The position numbers and the translations under genes are program-made. 64,000 nucleotides of DNA from an uncultured Planctomycetia bacterium (GTDB lineage: Bacteria; Omnitrophota; Gorgyraeia; Duberdicusellales; 4484-171), in contig CAZVQU010000002.1 in NCBI GenBank assembly GCA_964629655.1, positions 396,878 through 460,877 on the forward strand, read 5' to 3'. Numbering within the stretch: the stretch's first letter is position 1; every line of letters starts with the position of its first letter. A model generated the notes under the pieces. The model was not told the DNA's origin. It made no database searches and saw only the letters and a program-made list of their open reading frames with translations. This document shows, in pieces, positions 25,101-31,100 of this stretch.

Positions 25101-28100
25101 AGTAGATTGAATGTATCTCCCACCAGCTAAGGTACAAGCAGCATTAATAGTTAAAGTGGCGTCATTATTATCTAAGAGCACATCGGTATCAAGGGCAAGG
25201 TTAGCAGTAGTTATTGTATCACTTGCTGAAAGTATTACCTGAGCGTTGTCTTTTATGTCGAAATCCTTAAAGGTATAGGTTGCATCGGGAATAGGCGTAT
25301 CCGCCGAACTAGCGCTACCGGTATTATTGGCAACAGTTAAATCTCCATCCTGGGCAGCATCCTTTTGATAGATTGTGCCGGCTCCGCCAATTTGTGAGCC
25401 AACAATCCCTGAACCGCCATAAGCAGTGGGCGTTATCGTAGAATCGTCAGTAGTGTAATAAATAGCAATTCTTCCACCGGCTCCGCCGGCTCCATCGTAA
25501 GTATCATCTGCGCCATCGCCGCCATTAGCAGTGACAGCGCCTGCACCTTCTAAAACATCAGCATCTATCCAGATACTTCCACCCGAGCCGCCGCCTGCGG
25601 ATATCTGTGAGCCATAGCCTCCATTCATTTCACCATCTTCTCCATTGGCAGTAATATCACCAGTAACAGTCAAGGTACCTCCGACAGTAAGTTTTATTGC
25701 TCCGCCGCCGTCTCCTCCCCAGCGATTAGTAGCGCGACTTCCGCCGCCGCCTGAGCCTAAATCAACCGGGGCAGTGATAGAGCCATAAGCTATACCGCCA
25801 GCACCCGTATAACCAGAACGACCAGCCGTTATTCCACCTTCACCGCCATAACCTCCTCCGCCGCCGCCGCGCTGATATTCACCGTCAGGGCCGTAACCAC
25901 CGCCAGTACCAAAACCCGAGCCTGTATTGCCGGTCACCGATCCCTCAACGTCACCGTAACCTCCGCTATAACCAAGATTATTAACATTGATATAGGCTGT
26001 GCTGGCTAAGGTAAGGTCTCCGGTTGTCTCAAGAATTAAGGAGTAAAGATGAGTGCCAGTGCTGACATGATCAGAATGAGTCAAGGTTGCTCCGGCTGAA
26101 ATACTGCCGGAAGTAAATATAGGATCACTAGCGACATCCTTAGAGATATCCCAGTAGTTTGTGCCTGAGGTAAAGCTAATGGTAGCTGCTGAGCCATCAA
26201 AGGTAGCATCAGTAGATTGAATATGTCTACTACCCGCCATAGTGTAAGCAGTATTAACAGTTAATGAACCGTCATTATTCTCTACGGTAGCATCGCTAAT
26301 GGTAAAATTGTCAGTAGTTACTGTATCACTTGCCGAAAGTGTTATATGAGCGTCTTCTTGTACAGTAATGCTATCAAAGGTATAAGTACCATCTACAAAA
26401 GGAGTGTCTCTGCCGGAATTATTATTGTTAGAGGTAGTTAGGTCACCGTTAGTCTGTCCATCATCTTTTTTAAAGATTGTGCCGGAGCCTGCCCTTTCAG
26501 CATTGTCTCGGCCTGAACCACCATAAGTACTGAGAGTAGCTAAAGAAGAAGTATCTGCAGTGTAATAAATAGCAATTCTTCCGCCGCCGCCACCGCCGCC
26601 ATCCCAGTTGTCATTTCCACCATCGCCACCATTAGAAATAACCGAACCTGTCCCATCTAAGGCACCGGCATCTATCCAGATACTTCCGCCAGAACCGCCG
26701 CCAGTAGCCCTCTGGCTACTAGCACCTCCATTGTTAGTTCCTGCTACGCCATTGGCAGTAATCGAACCGTTGAGAGTGAAGGTGTCTAAAACTACTATCT
26801 TTAATGAACCGCCACCTGCGCCACCAAGTCGGTTATTACTATAAGTGCCTCCACCACCTGAGCCTAAATCTGTAGGTTCCTTAATAGAACCATAGGGCTT
26901 GCCGTATTCCGGTTCGATGCCACTATAACCCTTGCCACCCTTACCACCATAGCCTCCTCCCGAACCAGAAATAAGAGCTGAGCCATTATTACCTCTTCCT
27001 TCGCCCTCCCCGGGTCCATAACCATTTCCGTTGTCTGTGTCTGAGAAGCCACCGGGATAACCAGTACCATTTGCTGAAATAACTGCACCGGCATCAAGGG
27101 TAAGATTGGTGGCGATAATTGTAATCTGTCCGGCACCACCGGCTTTATTATATGAATCAACAGTTAAAGTAGTTCCGCTAATAGTTAGGTCTCTATAAAC
27201 AGTATCATCGGTTAAAGTAATCGGAGCGCTGATAGTAGTAGAACTTGTATCATCGGTCATGCTAATATTAACATCAGCAGCTACATCGGATAGATACTGT
27301 ACTATATAATCAGAGGCACTATGAATACGAGAACAATTGTACTCTGAACCTTGAGTTTTTGCAGTTCCGTCTACTGATAGTTGAATCATCTTGATGGGGT
27401 CACCATAAGCAGTCTGAACTTGAGGTGTAGAGGCTGATGAAGTAATATAGACCTCATCGATTAGGCCTTCAAAGTTATTGGTACCAGAAGCATCTTTGGC
27501 AGAGAAGAAGATATTAGTGGCTAAACTGGGAGCGGTTAAGGATGCGGTTTCTGAGCCCTGCTCCCGGCCGTCAACATATATTTTATAGACATCATTGGTA
27601 TAATCCCATGTAAGCCTTACATGGTGCCACTCGCTATCATAATAATCACCGGTAGTCTCAATATCGTTATTGCCCTCTAATTCAAAGACCAAGTTACCCT
27701 GGTTATCAAAACTCAAGGCAAGATTGTCATTGTTATAAAAAATATACTGGGCCGCAGGAGAAGAATCACTGCTCTTTAACCAAAGGCTTAAGCTTCCGGT
27801 AGCAGCAACAATATTTGAAGCCGAGGCAACTTGCACATATTCATCGGACGCATCGTTTAGAAAACCATTTCCCACTAAGGCTGAGGCAAATGAACCACTG
27901 CTGGTTACACTGCCAGTACCGGCTCCTGAATACTGTATTCCGCTGCCATCACCATTCCAATATAAGGTTAAATCCGAATGAGGTTTGGCATAGCTACCGG
28001 CAAAATCAGAGTGGTAAGCGCCAAAGGGAAGAATTGCGGCATTATAAATATATATCTCATCAAATATACCTTCGGCATTATCAGTTCCGCTAGTCTTATA

Positions 28101-31100
28101 ATCACCGAAGAAAAAGCTAGTTCCCAGCACAGTCAGTGCTGAAGTAGTATCAGTATGGGTCTGGGTGACATACTGGCCATTGTAGTAGATACGGCAAACA
28201 TCAGTTGCTGTATCATCCCAGGTAAATCTTAAGTGGACCCAGCCATTAGCCTTCCAAAGAGAATCATCAGTCTCGGTAATAGTGACTGAAGACTGATTGC
28301 CTGCTCCTTTGATGCCGAATTCCAAAGTGGCCTCATCTGTATCATCATAGACCCTGGCCCAGATGGCATTGGCTGTACCTGAAGCAGCTGAGCCAAAGAG
28401 ATATTTGGCCTCGGTCTGGGCAGCGGCAAAATCATAATTAGGTCGGTACCAAAATTCGATTGTCCCCTTAGACCAGTCAGACATAATATTAGCTGAAGTT
28501 ATAGCCAAGTTCTCAGCGTCATCCTTAAGGTTAAAGCCGGTGCCGCGCTGGGCAGTTGCAGTAGTGATATTAGTCTCAACTGCTTCTGAAGCTGTAGCAT
28601 CTCTATTAGCTGTACCTTGGGCGTTATCTACTGTTGTGCCAGTTGTCTCATCCAAACGATAATGAGCTAAGATGTGATTTGCCGATGCGCTACTTGGATA
28701 GGCCTCACGAGCCATAAATATTGGTTTATACTTAGTCTGCCCTGAGCCGTCTAAACCAAATAAAAACTTATTATCCTGAGTACGAACCCGGACTTCATAA
28801 GAACCCTCTCCTTCATTAAAACCATCGGCATCGGCATCGCCGCGGGCTGCAGTCTCAACAGTACCAGTAACTATAGATACGGTACCGGGATCCTGATAAT
28901 CAGTGATTTCTCCGGTAGCAGTTGCAATCAGCTCAATAAGCTGAGTATCGTAATAGGTGGCGGTACTTCTTCCTGCCGCCGGAGTTGAAGGATGATACCC
29001 GCTCATGCCGGTAGCCACGTAATCGGTTGCATCATCATCAACGCTACGGGCTTCGGTGCCGGCCAGCAGCTTCTCATATTTTATCCGTTTGATAATCTTA
29101 CCAGTTGAGTAAATAGTCCACTCCTCAGTTACAGTGGCCTCACTGGCAAGAGAAAATTTATTCTCAACCCTGGCCCGGGTAGAATTAGCCTCTAAGAGTT
29201 TTAAGACAGATGACGAATCAACCTGCAGGGCTGAATCCTGGTCTAATTCGGTTAAAAGTTCTGTGGCTGAGCCGTAGTTTGTACTCCAGGCGCTGCCGGT
29301 TCCTTTGTAAAACTCAGAAACACCAGCGTCAGCTTCTTTAAAGACCAGCTTAAAATCTGAAGTGGTTAGCCCGGCGGTTTGAATAGTAATCGTTCCTGAA
29401 GCCTGGGTTGCTGATAAAACCGGATCAATAACGATATCGCCTGCTTTTCCGTCTTCATAGAACCAGACCCGGCAGGTAGAAGCCTTGTGAGGATTGTTTT
29501 CATTAGTGCCGGTTAAGCGCTGAGCCCTGGTTTTTTTCCTTTTTTTGCTTCTTTCGCTCTTCTTAAAATCTTTCCAATCTATTAAGACATTATCAAACTT
29601 TTCTCTGGAAACTTCTCCCTCAACGATTTCTTGTTTCGCGGCGCGTAAGAATCTCTTTACCTTTCTCTTGATCCGACGACGGACATTAGCATTGTCCTTC
29701 TTAATCAAGCCTTTTTTGTTAAAAACCGTATCCCAACGCACACGCTTCTTTGCTGAGCCTAAAGCTTGGTTATCACCTTCAACTGAGAACTTATTGTAGT
29801 ATTTTTCTCCGTCAAAACCTAATTGTGCAGTTACAGTGCCCTGAGACGATTTATTGTAAATGGTAACCGTTCCGTTATCATTTTCGCTATAGGATAATTT
29901 GCCTTTCTTAGGTTCTACATCTTCCCACTGCCAGGGGAACGTACCCATTTTCTGTATATAAAACCAGGAGTTTTTGACCTTTTTCTGGAAACCGTTTCCT
30001 GCATCCTCAAGCAAAGCAATACCCTTTCTAGTAAAGACATATTTCTGGACACCGTTTAATGATTTTAATGAAACCTCGTAACGCCTAGGAGAGACTTCTT
30101 CGAATATATAAGGGACAAATTTTCCTGCCTCGTTTTTAAGATAAAAATCCTCAGGTGCGCTCTGGGAATTATATACAATCACGCCAAAACCCTGAGCTGA
30201 GGCTACTCCCGGCTCAAAATCAGGCTGAGTTACTGATTCTTCAAGAACTCCTTCTTGGCTGACTACATCTTCCGGGCTGATTGCTTCTTGATCTGTGCCC
30301 TCTTCTGTCTCTGCCAGAGCTGCTGCTTGATCTGGTATAGTATTAACAATAAGGATATGCCCGTCTTTAGTGGTTATGCCGCAACGGTTTGTAGCCGTGA
30401 CAAAGATATTTGCGGTTACATCTACATCCTCAGGTATTTTATACTCAACAGCATAAATGTCATCACCGTCGTCATCATACATTGGAGTTACACCCTCGCC
30501 GCCAAAAGGTGCAAAGTTACAGCTAACTGAAACAATATCGGAATTATTATCGCCATCAGCCGAATTATCCCATTTGATTACCATTGAATCTCCGGCTATG
30601 TATACCCCCTGAGTGCCTGTGGCTCCGGAACAATCGACCTTAACCGAGCTCACCTTTGGAGCTATGGAATACTCTAATTTAAGTTCCTCAAGCTTAGGGG
30701 TGGCAGTAGTGTTACCGGTAGAAAGATTGACCCGCAGTGACAATTCTTTACCAACACTAAAATCATCCATCCCGGTATAGGTCATACCACTTTCACAACT
30801 TTCTTTCCAGTTCAATCCTCCGTCTGCTGAGATATCCATACTTATGGCTTGCGACTTACTCGCACTCTTAAGAGTATCACTTGCCAGTTTTATTGTCGGA
30901 GTAATTGCTGTAATATTACAGGCAGTAGAAATAGGCTCAGTGGTATATCTGCCTAATGAGGAATAGGCACCTTCAGTTGCTTTTAATACCACATCTCCAT
31001 TATCGGAAACTATAGTTTCAAAAAACTCTGCTAATCTAATATTTTCTTGATCTGCTGATGAGCTGACATAAGGCTCGGTTTCAACATATTTGCGCACTCT

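Noticed and set aside
17650-27150. Possible RTX-type calcium-binding nonapeptide repeats in the Gly/Asp-rich units
   Set aside because: The canonical GGxGxDxUx nonapeptide tandem is not present. The spacing and hydrophobic positions instead fit longer beta-solenoid strands. A Ca2+-binding role remains possible but is not the RTX family.
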